From: a bacterium
GTDB lineage: Bacteria > Planctomycetota > UBA1135 > GCA-002686595
Length of the DNA: 43,104 nt
Direction of reading: 5' to 3'
NCBI GenBank assembly: GCA_030428965.1
Contig: JAUIEE010000001.1
Span: 1-43,104, forward strand
Of the stretch, positions 1 to 8,684 are shown one piece after another. Made by a program: the position numbers and the translations under genes. The first letter of the stretch is position 1. The number at the start of each line of letters is the position of its first letter. Below the pieces are notes generated by a model, which saw only the letters and a program-made list of their open reading frames with translations, did no database searches and was not told where the DNA came from.

Positions 1-1161
1 CTGTCCGCAGCTTTGTTGTGTGTCGGTACTGCGAACGTGCTTGCCGCAGACGTGGCTGACCCTACTCCGATCACCGTTTCGGAGGTGGTTTCAACGAGCA
101 TGGCACCCACGATTCCCGCCGCGGGCACCGTCTTCAGCCGCAACGAAGCGATCTGGACCGTCGACCTGAGCGGCATCCCCGCCCCGGTCCTGAACTTCCA
201 CCACGCGGAGTGGTCCGACGAGCTCACGACCCTGCCCCTGACCTTCACCGGCAGTTTCGACGGCGACGGAGTCTCCATCAGCGATGACGGCACGAACTGG
301 TATCGCGTGCTGGCGCCCGTATCCAGCCCCAGCGGAGTCTGGAACGCGGAGAGCATCGACCTCACCGCCGCGGCAGCCAGCGCTGGCATGACGCTCGGCC
401 CGAACTTCCGGATCAAGTTCCAGCAGTACGACAACTTCTCGCTCACCACGGACGGCCGCGGCTACGACGAGATCTCGATCTCTTCGGCCTCGGGCTTCTC
501 CGATTGGTACCGCTTCAGTCTGAGCGACGGGGAAGATGCGACCGTAGCCGTTCTGGCTTCGGCCGCAGGCGCGACGGCGACCGTGGACCTGTTCGCCGGG
601 GACGGAACGACCCTGCTCGGATCGGGGAGCCCGGCGTCCAACCTCTCGAGCGTGCTGCCCAGGTACATCGACGCGACCTCCGACGGCGGCGCGGACACCT
701 ACTACGCCCAAGTGAACTGCAGCGAAGGCGAGTATGCCCTGCTCGTCACCCGCTCGGCCACGTTCGACATCGAGAACAACAACTCCCAGGGCAGCGCCCA
801 GAACCTCCTGGGCTTCGACACCCTGCTGGGTCACGTCGATGCCGGCGCCGACGACTACTACGCGATCGGCGTTCCGAGCATCCAGCGCCTGCTCGTCTCC
901 GCCGAACTACCGGCCTCGGGCCCCTACTCCTTCGGGAATGGACTGATCACGGACGGGATGAGCGCCCTGCGCATGGAGCTCTTGGCCCCCGGCGGCGGCG
1001 TGGTGGCCAGCGGCAGCTCCTCGGTGCTCCTGGCCTCGGCCCAACCTGGGGTCTATCTCCTGCGGGTGTTCGCCACGGGCAAGGCCAGCGGCGAGTACGT
1101 TCTCAGCGTGGAAAGGCGGGGTGCGACCTACGTCGACGTCTCGCCCCAGGAAAGGCCCTAG
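1..1161 (+). CDS. Secreted protein with two pre-peptidase C-terminal (PPC)-like domains; the 5' end is probably cut by the window edge
   Basis: The frame is open from base 1, and the hydrophobic LCVGTANVLAA looks like the tail of a signal peptide. There are two PPC-like modules (DWYRFSLSDGEDATVAV...GEYALLV and DDYYAIGVP...GVYLLRVFATGKASGEYVLSV). Amino-acid composition is normal, unlike the overlapping shadow ORFs. Confidence 0.6.
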   Translation: MSAALLCVGTANVLAADVADPTPITVSEVVSTSMAPTIPAAGTVFSRNEAIWTVDLSGIPAPVLNFHHAEWSDELTTLPLTFTGSFDGDGVSISDDGTNWYRVLAPVSSPSGVWNAESIDLTAAAASAGMTLGPNFRIKFQQYDNFSLTTDGRGYDEISISSASGFSDWYRFSLSDGEDATVAVLASAAGATATVDLFAGDGTTLLGSGSPASNLSSVLPRYIDATSDGGADTYYAQVNCSEGEYALLVTRSATFDIENNNSQGSAQNLLGFDTLLGHVDAGADDYYAIGVPSIQRLLVSAELPASGPYSFGNGLITDGMSALRMELLAPGGGVVASGSSSVLLASAQPGVYLLRVFATGKASGEYVLSVERRGATYVDVSPQERP

Positions 1162-1194
1162 ACCAGGAGCCGGCCACGACGCTCGGGTGCCGAC

Positions 1195-1719
1195 ATGCAC
1201 CGGTTGATCCTCAACGACGAGCACTGCCCGCAGGTCCTGGACCAGCTGGCCTCGCAAGCGCAGCGCTTCCTCTGGATCGCGACGGCGGACATCAAGGACG
1301 TCCACGTCGAGGGTCCGGGGGGGCGCTTCGTACCTTTCCTCTCCGTCCTCGACGACCTGGTCAGGGACGGAGTCGATGTGCGCCTGATCCACGCCAAGGA
1401 GCCGGGCCCCCTCTTCCAGCGTGACTTCGACCGCTTTCCTGCGCTCATCGAGAGCGAGCGCTTCGAGCGCATCCTGTGTCCGCGCATGCACATGAAGGTG
1501 TTCATCGCGGACGCCAGGTTGGCCTACATCGGATCGGCCAATCTCACCGGGGCGGGGGTCGGCGCCAAGGCCGCCCACCGCCGCAACTTCGAAGCCGGCA
1601 TCCTCACGGACGACGAGGCGACGATCGAAGCCCTCATGAACGAGCTCGACACCCTGTACCTGGGTGAGCACTGCCGGAAGTGCGGACGACGGGAGCACTG
1701 TCCCGACCCGATCGCCTGA
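1195..1719 (+). CDS. Phospholipase D-like (single HKD motif, Nuc-like) nuclease/phosphodiesterase
   Basis: Complete HKD signature HMKVFIADARLAYIGSAN (H-x-K-x4-D-x6-G-S-x-N). At 174 aa it matches single-domain Nuc-type PLD proteins that act as dimers. It has a Cys-rich C-terminal tail, CRKCGRREHC. Confidence 0.75.
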   Translation: MHRLILNDEHCPQVLDQLASQAQRFLWIATADIKDVHVEGPGGRFVPFLSVLDDLVRDGVDVRLIHAKEPGPLFQRDFDRFPALIESERFERILCPRMHMKVFIADARLAYIGSANLTGAGVGAKAAHRRNFEAGILTDDEATIEALMNELDTLYLGEHCRKCGRREHCPDPIA

Positions 1720-2369
1720 AGCCCCTCTTCCGGACGCAGCGGCTCGACAAGCACGCTGGCGAGAACCTAAGCTGCCACGATGACCCGCCTTCGTGGAGAC
1801 GCCCCCATGCACGCCACCTTCGCCTCTTGTGCCCTCGCCCTCGCCCTGGGCTCCTGCGCCACCTCACCTCCTCCACCACGCCGAAGAGCAGCGAGGCACC
1901 CACCGCAGAATCTCCAGAGCCGGCCGTCAAGGTCCTGAAGTACGAGGTGAGCATCGCTGCCCCTGTGCAAAAGGTGTGGGACACGATGTTCAGTCCCGAC
2001 AGCTACACCGAATGGACGTCGCCCTTCATGCCGGGCTCCTACTTCGAAGGCTCCTGGGATCAGGGCGAGCGCATCCACTTCCTGGCGCCGGGCGGCAGCG
2101 GGATGGTGGCCGAGATCGAAGCGAGTCGCCGGCACGAGCTGATTTCGATCAAGCACGTGGGCTTCGTCGTCGGGGGAGTGGAAGACACCACCAGCGACGC
2201 CGTACGCAGCTGGGCCCCGGCCTACGAGAACTACTACTTCGAGTCCGTTCCCGAGGGGACGATCGTGCGCGTCGAGCACGAGGTCCCCACCAGCTTCGGC
2301 CCCTTCATGGACCAGATCTGGCCCAAGGCACTCGAGAAGGTGAAGAGCCTCGCCGAGGCCGCGCCCTGA
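1680..2369 (+). CDS. SRPBCC / AHSA1-family (Activator of Hsp90 ATPase homolog 1-like) protein; N-terminus unresolved, possibly a frameshifted lipoprotein
   Basis: The C-terminal ~145 aa (VKVLKYEVSIAAPVQKVWDTMFSPDSYTEWTSPF...) show the typical SRPBCC/AHSA1 pattern. The first ~85 aa of the listed ORF are Arg/Pro-rich junk that overlaps the PLD gene. A lipoprotein signal sits in a different frame at 1807 (see findings). Confidence 0.6.
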   Translation: MRTTGALSRPDRLKPLFRTQRLDKHAGENLSCHDDPPSWRRPHARHLRLLCPRPRPGLLRHLTSSTTPKSSEAPTAESPEPAVKVLKYEVSIAAPVQKVWDTMFSPDSYTEWTSPFMPGSYFEGSWDQGERIHFLAPGGSGMVAEIEASRRHELISIKHVGFVVGGVEDTTSDAVRSWAPAYENYYFESVPEGTIVRVEHEVPTSFGPFMDQIWPKALEKVKSLAEAAP

Positions 2370-2742
2370 GGAGGGCGGAGACGCAAGCCACCCCGATGGC
2401 GAGTTCGAGGGCGGTCGCCCCCAGTAGACCCGGGGAAGGCATGCCGTCGAGCCCAAGGCTGAGGAGGCGGGACAACCCGTAGGCGAGGTAGACCGCCGCT
2501 GCAATCAGGGTCGAGGTCTGCGTGAAGGAGGGGACGAACAGGCTCACCCCCATCAAGGCACCCAGCACCATCAGGGCCCCTCCGGGGGCACGGACCTCGC
2601 TGAGCAGGCTGGGATCAGCCCCGAGCTCGATGCCGTTGAATCCGTGGAACCAGGCCGGTGCGAAGAGAATCGAAGCACCGATGACCAGGGCGATGAGGCT
2701 GCTGGAGCCGAGCAGGAAGCGAAGAGGCTTCTTGGACTGCAT
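2305..2742 (-). CDS. Small integral membrane protein (DUF4345-like, 4 predicted TM helices)
   Basis: The internal ATG at 2742 (MQSKKPLRFLLGSSSLIALVIG...) starts a hydrophobic four-helix protein. The longer ORF up to 2868 overlaps the NmrA gene end. The 3' end overlaps the convergent SRPBCC gene by about 65 nt. Confidence 0.55.
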   Translation of the reverse strand: MQSKKPLRFLLGSSSLIALVIGASILFAPAWFHGFNGIELGADPSLLSEVRAPGGALMVLGALMGVSLFVPSFTQTSTLIAAAVYLAYGLSRLLSLGLDGMPSPGLLGATALELAIGVACVSALLRARPRRGSSPSRVPWARSGP

Positions 2743-2776
2743 GGTCAGGTTGGGGTAGGAGGTGGAAGAGTTGGGA

Positions 2777-3619
2777 TCAGGCCTGGTGGACCGGGGCGTT
2801 CCAGACCCCGCTAGCGGCGACTGTGCGGGCGTAGTCCCGGAAGTCACGCGGCGCCCGGCCGAGGGCACGCTGCACGCCGTCGGTCAGTCGGGCGTTGCGT
2901 CCGTCGAGCACGGTCGTGAAGAGGTAGTCCAAGAGTTCGATTTGCCCGGGCGGCAGGCCGGCCTGGGCCAACCCCGCTTCGAAAGCCTCCCGGGAAACGC
3001 TCACGAAGCGAATCTCACGGCCGGCCGCCTCGCTGATCTCCGACACGGTATCGGCGAAGGTCATCAGGCGAGGACCGGTTACCTCGTAGACCTCCCCATC
3101 GTGTCCCTCCTCGGTCAGGGCGGCGACCGCCACGTCGGCGATGTCCTCGATGTCGATGAAGGGCTCGAGGACCTCACCCGCGGGAAGGGCAACCTCGCCG
3201 ACCTGCACGAGCTCGGTGAAGGCGCCCTCGCTGAAGTTCTGGGCGAACCAGCTGGCCCGCACGACGGTCCACTCCAGGCCGGAGGCCTGCACGATGCCCT
3301 CGCAGCGCTGGGCCTCTTCTTCCCCCCGTCCCGAGAGGAGCACCAGTCGGCGCACCCCTTTCTCCCGGGCCAGCTGCGTGAAGGCCGTGATGGCACCGGG
3401 AGCGGCGGGGACCGCGAGGTCCGGGCTGTAGACGACGTAGACCGAACCCACCCCGTCGAGGGCCGGCCCCCAGGTGGACCGATCGTCCCAGTCGAAGGGA
3501 TTGTCCGTCGTACGGGAGGCCCGGCGGACAGGGTGGCCCAGGGCTTCGAGGCGGTCGGCGACGCGGCGGCCGGTCTTGCCCGTAGCGGCAGTGACGAGGG
3601 TCGGAAGTTGGCTCTGCAT
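2777..3619 (-). CDS. NmrA-like / atypical SDR NAD(P)H-binding protein
   Basis: N-terminal Rossmann motif LVTAATGKTGRRV (GxxGxxG-type variant). The length and pattern fit NmrA-family proteins, and it is divergent from an AraC regulator, a common pairing. Confidence 0.75.
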   Translation of the reverse strand: MQSQLPTLVTAATGKTGRRVADRLEALGHPVRRASRTTDNPFDWDDRSTWGPALDGVGSVYVVYSPDLAVPAAPGAITAFTQLAREKGVRRLVLLSGRGEEEAQRCEGIVQASGLEWTVVRASWFAQNFSEGAFTELVQVGEVALPAGEVLEPFIDIEDIADVAVAALTEEGHDGEVYEVTGPRLMTFADTVSEISEAAGREIRFVSVSREAFEAGLAQAGLPPGQIELLDYLFTTVLDGRNARLTDGVQRALGRAPRDFRDYARTVAASGVWNAPVHQA

Positions 3620-3732
3620 GGGATTCTCCTTTCGAGAAGGGGTCGAAGTGGGTCAGCGCGCTCCTGTGCGCTCGGAGAGTACTTTCGGCCATCCACGGCG
3701 GCCGCGCCATGCCATCGCGTGCACCTTTCTTT

Positions 3733-3763
3733 GCCGTTCGTCCATTCCGACTGGACGAACGGC
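3733..3763. promoter_or_regulatory. Perfect 12-bp inverted repeat (GCCGTTCGTCCA-N7-TGGACGAACGGC) in the AraC/NmrA divergent intergenic region
   Basis: Read directly from the sequence. The arms at 3733-3744 and 3752-3763 are exact reverse complements. The repeat ends 24 nt upstream of the AraC ATG at 3787. Confidence 0.5.
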
Positions 3764-3786
3764 CAAGACCATCCGATACTGCTCCG

Positions 3787-4755
3787 ATGGAACCGCCGAC
3801 CGAAATCCCCCCCGCCGACGACCCCCTGGGCGAGGCCCTCCACCTCCTGCGGCTGACCGGCTGCGTCTACGCTCGCTCCGTGTTGAAGAGCCCCTGGGGG
3901 ATCGACCTGCCTCCCCTCGAAGGCCACATGATGTTCCACATCGTAACCGCCGGTCGCTGCTGGCTGGAGGCGGATGGCACCGAGGCCCTGCTGCTCGAAC
4001 GCGGCAGCCTGGCCCTCGTGCCCCACGGCCTCGGTCACAGGCTCGTCGACGAACCGGAACGCCCCTCGGTCGACTTCTTCGACCTGCCCATCGAACGGGT
4101 CACCGAGCGCTACGAACGACTGTCCTGGGGAGGTGGTGGCGAGGAGTGTCACCTGATCTGCGTCGTCGTCCGCTTCGACCACGCCGCGGCCGAACGCCTG
4201 ATCGATGCGCTCCCGCCTGTGCTGCACGTCGATGCCTGGGAAGGCGGCAACGACCGCTGGCTGTCCGACACCCTGCGCTTCATCGCCCGGGAAGCAGAGG
4301 CCCTGCGCCCCGGGGGCGAGACCGTCATCACGCGCCTGGCCGACATCCTCGTCATCCAGATGGTTCGTCACTGGATCGAATCGACCAGCGACGTGGACGG
4401 CGGATGGATCGCCGCCCTGCGGGACGAGCAGCTGGGCCGCGCGATCGCCGCCATGCACCGCGCGCCAAGCACGGACTGGACGCTCGACTCCCTGGCTCGT
4501 ACGGCCGCCATGTCCCGCTCGGCCTTTGCAGCGCGCTTCACCAACGTCGTGGGCGAGCCGGCCATGCGCTACCTCAAGCGCTGGCGCCTACGCCTGGCGC
4601 GCATGGCCCTACGCGATTGCGAGGACCCGCTAGGGGTCGTGGGCGAGCGCTTCGGCTATCGCTCCGAGGCGGCCTTCTGCCGCGCCTTCAAGCGCGAGTT
4701 CGGCGTTTCACCGGGCAGCGATCGACGCAAGCCCCCTTCTCTACTACCGACCTGA
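3787..4755 (+). CDS. AraC-family transcriptional regulator with an N-terminal cupin-type sensor domain
   Basis: C-terminal double HTH (LDSLARTAAMSRSAFAARFTNVVGEPAMRYLKRWRLRLA...GYRSEAAFCRAFKREFGVSP). The N-terminal domain is cupin-like. The start is placed at the internal ATG 3787 (MEPPTEIP...). Confidence 0.8.
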   Translation: MEPPTEIPPADDPLGEALHLLRLTGCVYARSVLKSPWGIDLPPLEGHMMFHIVTAGRCWLEADGTEALLLERGSLALVPHGLGHRLVDEPERPSVDFFDLPIERVTERYERLSWGGGGEECHLICVVVRFDHAAAERLIDALPPVLHVDAWEGGNDRWLSDTLRFIAREAEALRPGGETVITRLADILVIQMVRHWIESTSDVDGGWIAALRDEQLGRAIAAMHRAPSTDWTLDSLARTAAMSRSAFAARFTNVVGEPAMRYLKRWRLRLARMALRDCEDPLGVVGERFGYRSEAAFCRAFKREFGVSPGSDRRKPPSLLPT

Positions 4756-4787
4756 GGTGCTACGAGCCCTCGAGCCGCCGGCTGGGA

Positions 4788-6263
4788 CTACTCGAAGCGC
4801 ATCGCGGGAACGTCGATCACCTGGCTCTCGACCGGCTCCCCCAGCAAGAAGGCCCGCACGAGGGAGACGTACTCGGGCGACAGCATCTCGAAGGAGTCGT
4901 GGCTGACGCCGATTACCTCGAGATGGACCGCATGGGGCCACCCGTCGATGAGCTCGGTCACGTTCTCCGGCGGCGTACGCACGTCGAGGCTGCCGGTCAC
5001 GAGCAACATGGGAACCGGGCTCTCGAAGGAGGAGCGAAAGGACTCGCCCAGGTCGGGCTTGCCCACGGCTCGGCGCAGCTTCGAACTGAAGGGAGCGTTG
5101 ATGGCATCCCCGAGCAGGTTCGTCGGGTCCGCCGCCTCCCGCTCGATGCGGCGCACGCGGCCCTCCGAGGCCCAGGACGCACAGTCCATCATCACGGTCA
5201 TCATGGACCCCACCTCGCCGCTGCGGTTCGCCAGGGCCTGGGAAGCCAGCTCGCTCCAATCTCCGTCGCGCATGCGCACCAGCGAGCCGGGGATGCGTGA
5301 GATCTCGCGCAGACCGCCGAGCGCGTTCGAGAGCTCGCGCCGCAGGTCGTAGGGCCCCACGGTCACCTCGACCTCCCCACCCGGGCCCTGAACCCGGGTC
5401 GTCACCGGCTCCTTCTCCAACAGGGCCAGGAGCCCTTCGACGGTGCCCACCAGGTCGGGCAAGCTCTCCCCGTAGCGCGCATCGGCAGCCACCAACTCCG
5501 CGAGCTGCTCGAGATGCCGCTGCACGGTACTCGGCAGCTTGAGGGTGTGGTCCGGCCCCTCGACCTTGGTCAAGATCGCACGGGCCACGTGATCGCCGTG
5601 ACGACGCAGGTAGGCGAGACCCAGATGGCTACCGTAGCTCCCGCCCCAGACAACGATGCGCTCGAACCCGAGGGCCCGGCGCAGGTCGTCGATGTCGTCG
5701 GCGCTCTCGAGGGTGTTGAAGTGCTCGAGTCCGACGCCCTTGTCGCTCCAGTACTCGTGGCCCTCGCTCGCCATCTCGGCAAAGGCCTCTTCGTCCTCCT
5801 CCTGGGTCAACGCGCGATCGAGGGGCAGCGGGTAGGAGAGATCCGGTCCGTCGGCCAGGTTCGGACGACTCAGCCCGGTTCCACGCTGGTCGAGGGCGAT
5901 GACGTCGCAGTGATCCAGAACAGGAAGCAGTGGATGGGCGGCAAAGGAAGCGGCGTGCTCGACTCCGGAGCCTCCGGGCCCTCCGACCAACCAGAAGACC
6001 GGAGGACCCGGTTCGGAGTTCTCGGTCTCGTACAGCACGAAGGCCAGCTCGACGGTCGCCTCGCTGTCGGAGCCGCGCTGCTCGGGTACGACGATGCGAC
6101 CAAGTCGCCCCTCGAGGCGTGCCGGTCCACTCCGTGTGGGGTAGTGCCCCAGGAAGGGTTCGGGATCCCAGCGCACCTCGGACGCGCCGGAGTCTTGTGC
6201 CTGGAGTGCGGTGGCGAGGACGAGCCACGCGAACAGGTGCAGGAGGGTCTTCATGGATCGCAT
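4788..6263 (-). CDS. Secreted alpha/beta hydrolase (S33 prolyl/tripeptidyl aminopeptidase-like)
   Basis: Signal peptide MKTLLHLFAWLVLATALQAQ, oxyanion-region WLVGGPGGSG, and nucleophile elbow GGSYGS. Candidate acid and His residues lie in SLDVRTP and GVSHDSF. The start is ATG 6263 or 6254, 5 nt downstream of the permease stop. Confidence 0.75.
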   Translation of the reverse strand: MRSMKTLLHLFAWLVLATALQAQDSGASEVRWDPEPFLGHYPTRSGPARLEGRLGRIVVPEQRGSDSEATVELAFVLYETENSEPGPPVFWLVGGPGGSGVEHAASFAAHPLLPVLDHCDVIALDQRGTGLSRPNLADGPDLSYPLPLDRALTQEEDEEAFAEMASEGHEYWSDKGVGLEHFNTLESADDIDDLRRALGFERIVVWGGSYGSHLGLAYLRRHGDHVARAILTKVEGPDHTLKLPSTVQRHLEQLAELVAADARYGESLPDLVGTVEGLLALLEKEPVTTRVQGPGGEVEVTVGPYDLRRELSNALGGLREISRIPGSLVRMRDGDWSELASQALANRSGEVGSMMTVMMDCASWASEGRVRRIEREAADPTNLLGDAINAPFSSKLRRAVGKPDLGESFRSSFESPVPMLLVTGSLDVRTPPENVTELIDGWPHAVHLEVIGVSHDSFEMLSPEYVSLVRAFLLGEPVESQVIDVPAMRFE

Positions 6264-6268
6264 CCGTT

Positions 6269-8680
6269 TCAGGACAGTGAGATGGAGGCACGACGCGGAG
6301 CCTTGCGCCAGGTGGCCACGAGCCAGGTCCCGGCATAGGCCACCAGCGGCATCACGAGCAGCGTGATCGCGATCTCGCGCCAGGGCATCACGAAGTCGAG
6401 GGAGAGGGCCGCCAAGCGCTGAAAGCCGATCATGGGCATCAGGCCGGCGGGAATCGCCAAGGCACTCCCGAGGAAGGCCAGGTAGCCGGCTCGGGTCGCT
6501 GCGTGGGCCCGCAGGAGAGCCGGGGCCGCGCCGACGGTATGCAGAATGGCAGCATCCTCGGTCGACTCGACCGAGGACAGCGCCGTCGCGACGAAGATCA
6601 CGATCAGGCCGGTGACGATGCACAGCGCGAGCACCAGGGTGTAGAAACCGGTGATCGGTTCCATGCGCAGGGCCTCGGCGTCGATGGTGTTGCCCGGTGA
6701 GCCTGCGGCCGCGGCCAGACCACGGGCGCGTTCCGCCATGGCCTCGGTCACGGGACGATCCAGTCGCACGAGCCAGGGAAGGAGGCTGTTGCGGGGCGGC
6801 AGGCCGGCATGGAGCCCCAGGGCGTCCAGATGGTCCAGGGACAAGAGGGCCCGGGGCTCGCGTAGGCGCTGGGTGGCCACGCTCCCGGAAACGGGGACCA
6901 CGCCGATGGCGTCCGAGCCGCTCCCGAACAGGGAAACGCTCGCCCCGGCTCTCTCTGCGGTCACGGTCACGATCTGGCCGGCCCGAAAATCCCGAACGGC
7001 CGCTTCGACTCCGAACACCTCGAGCAACTCCTCCCCGCCGCAGGCGATCCAAGCGTCGAAGGGCACCCGCTCACCGTCGCGAATCGCGTCGGCGAAGTGG
7101 GCTCGAACGAGGGAGCCGTCGCAGTAGACGGCCTGGAAAGGAGCCGCGGCCAGGACCGTGAACTCCCGCTCCAGTTCACGGGCCACGGCTTCGGCCGCGG
7201 GCCCCTCGACCAGAATGACGTCGTCCCGGAGAAAGGGATCGAGGACACGGGTCAGGTCTTTCACGCTGGCGATCAGCGCCGCCATCATCACGCTCACCGA
7301 CAGGCCGGCCATCACGGCGGTCACCGCGGGGCCGTTGCGCGCGCGAAAGCGTCCCGCATCCCGCACGGCCAGGCGCCAGGCGATCGGGAGCGGCCCGGCC
7401 CAACTCGCCAAGCCGCCGAGAATCCAGGGACTCGCCGCCCCGAGGCCCAGCGCGAGCAGGATCGACCCGGACAGAATCAGGAGGGCCGCCATGCGGGTTC
7501 CCCCGAAGGCACCGGCCAGAACCAGCAGGACGCCGAGCGCCCCGAGCCCCAGGCCGGCGAACAGCCAGCCCCGGGAGCTGCCCGCAACCGGCCGGCGTCC
7601 ACTCAAGGCCACTCGAATCGGGAGTCGCACGGCCCCGCAGGCGGGAAGGGTCGCGGCCAGAACCGCGGTCACGATGCCGAGCACGAAAGCACCGGCAACG
7701 AAGGGCCCGTTCATGCGCCCCGTCCAACCGTCCAGGTAGGGATGGAGAGCACGGGCGCAAGCGGCACCGACCGCGATCCCGAGGGCGCCTCCGACCGCGG
7801 CCAACGCCGCCGCGGAAACGAGCAGAGCCGCGACCATCCCGGAACGGGGTGCTCCGTTCGAGCCGAGCAGGCCGAGCTCTCGCTGTCGCCGGCGCATGCC
7901 CACGGCAAAGGCCGCCGCAACGACCAGGGCAGCCTCGAAGAAGGCGAAGCTTCCCAGCACGAAGATCAGGAAGGCCTCGAACGGATCGTCCGCGCCAGTT
8001 CGACTGCGCAGATCGACCTGGGCTCCTTGCGCTTCCCATTGGGCGGCAATCGATGCGGCTTCGGCTTCCGGCAGTTCGACCAAGATCGAAGGACGACCAA
8101 CGGGACCCTCGCCGTCGTAGGGGCGCAGGACGACCGCGGAGTTCAGGTTCTCCGGATCCGCGACTCGACCCGTGACAAGGACCGTCCTTCCGTCGATGGC
8201 GACGGACTCCCCGAGCGTCACCCCCAGCCCCTGGATCAAGACCTCGGACAGGGCGACTTCACCGGCCTTCCCGGGGGCTCGCCCCGCGTTCATGACCAAG
8301 AGCCCGGCCGCGAGCTCTCCCGGCTCCAGGGCATGGGGCTCGAGTCGAAAATCCCTGGCACGCAGCCTGCGACCCGCCGAGATCACCTCGACCGTACCCC
8401 GTACCACGGTCGTGGTACGCGCGTGCTCGGGAAGGCTCTCGAGCGCACGCTCCATCGTCCAGCCGCCGCCGGGGCGCATGCGCAGCGTGGCTTGCCCCAT
8501 GGCCTCGACTCGCTGCTCTTCGATCGTCTGGCGGGTCACGAACAGGAGCGCACTGCCTCCGACCATGGCGGCGACAGGAACCGCGATCAAGAGGACGACG
8601 AGCAGCGAGCGACCGCGGTGCCACGCAAGCTGGCGCAGCTCGACCCGCGCCAGGGCCCGCAGGGCGTTCCAGGAAGACAC
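6269..8680 (-). CDS. ABC transporter permease with two FtsX-type domains (MacB/YbbP-like)
   Basis: Two repeats, each a TM helix followed by a large extracytoplasmic loop and three TM helices, with FtsX-like C-terminal helices. The start is placed at GTG 8680, 5 nt after the ATPase stop. The listed ORF start at 8794 overlaps the ATPase gene. Confidence 0.75.
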   Translation of the reverse strand: MSSWNALRALARVELRQLAWHRGRSLLVVLLIAVPVAAMVGGSALLFVTRQTIEEQRVEAMGQATLRMRPGGGWTMERALESLPEHARTTTVVRGTVEVISAGRRLRARDFRLEPHALEPGELAAGLLVMNAGRAPGKAGEVALSEVLIQGLGVTLGESVAIDGRTVLVTGRVADPENLNSAVVLRPYDGEGPVGRPSILVELPEAEAASIAAQWEAQGAQVDLRSRTGADDPFEAFLIFVLGSFAFFEAALVVAAAFAVGMRRRQRELGLLGSNGAPRSGMVAALLVSAAALAAVGGALGIAVGAACARALHPYLDGWTGRMNGPFVAGAFVLGIVTAVLAATLPACGAVRLPIRVALSGRRPVAGSSRGWLFAGLGLGALGVLLVLAGAFGGTRMAALLILSGSILLALGLGAASPWILGGLASWAGPLPIAWRLAVRDAGRFRARNGPAVTAVMAGLSVSVMMAALIASVKDLTRVLDPFLRDDVILVEGPAAEAVARELEREFTVLAAAPFQAVYCDGSLVRAHFADAIRDGERVPFDAWIACGGEELLEVFGVEAAVRDFRAGQIVTVTAERAGASVSLFGSGSDAIGVVPVSGSVATQRLREPRALLSLDHLDALGLHAGLPPRNSLLPWLVRLDRPVTEAMAERARGLAAAAGSPGNTIDAEALRMEPITGFYTLVLALCIVTGLIVIFVATALSSVESTEDAAILHTVGAAPALLRAHAATRAGYLAFLGSALAIPAGLMPMIGFQRLAALSLDFVMPWREIAITLLVMPLVAYAGTWLVATWRKAPRRASISLS

Positions 8681-8684
8681 CCGG

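Noticed and set aside
3115-5300. ORFs 3115..4458 (-) and 3474..5300 (+), 447 and 608 aa
   Set aside because: They overlap the NmrA-like, AraC and hydrolase genes in alternative frames or antisense. They have low-complexity Arg/Pro/Gly composition and no motifs.
6264-7052. Long N-terminal extensions of several minus-strand ORFs (4788..7052, 15936..17516, 32924..34753, 33988..35121, 8685..10142, 9413..10195)
   Set aside because: In each case the extension runs through the upstream gene in a different frame and has Arg/Pro/Gly-rich composition. A well-placed internal ATG or GTG, with a signal peptide, a conserved N-terminus or stop/start coupling, gives a protein of the expected family length.
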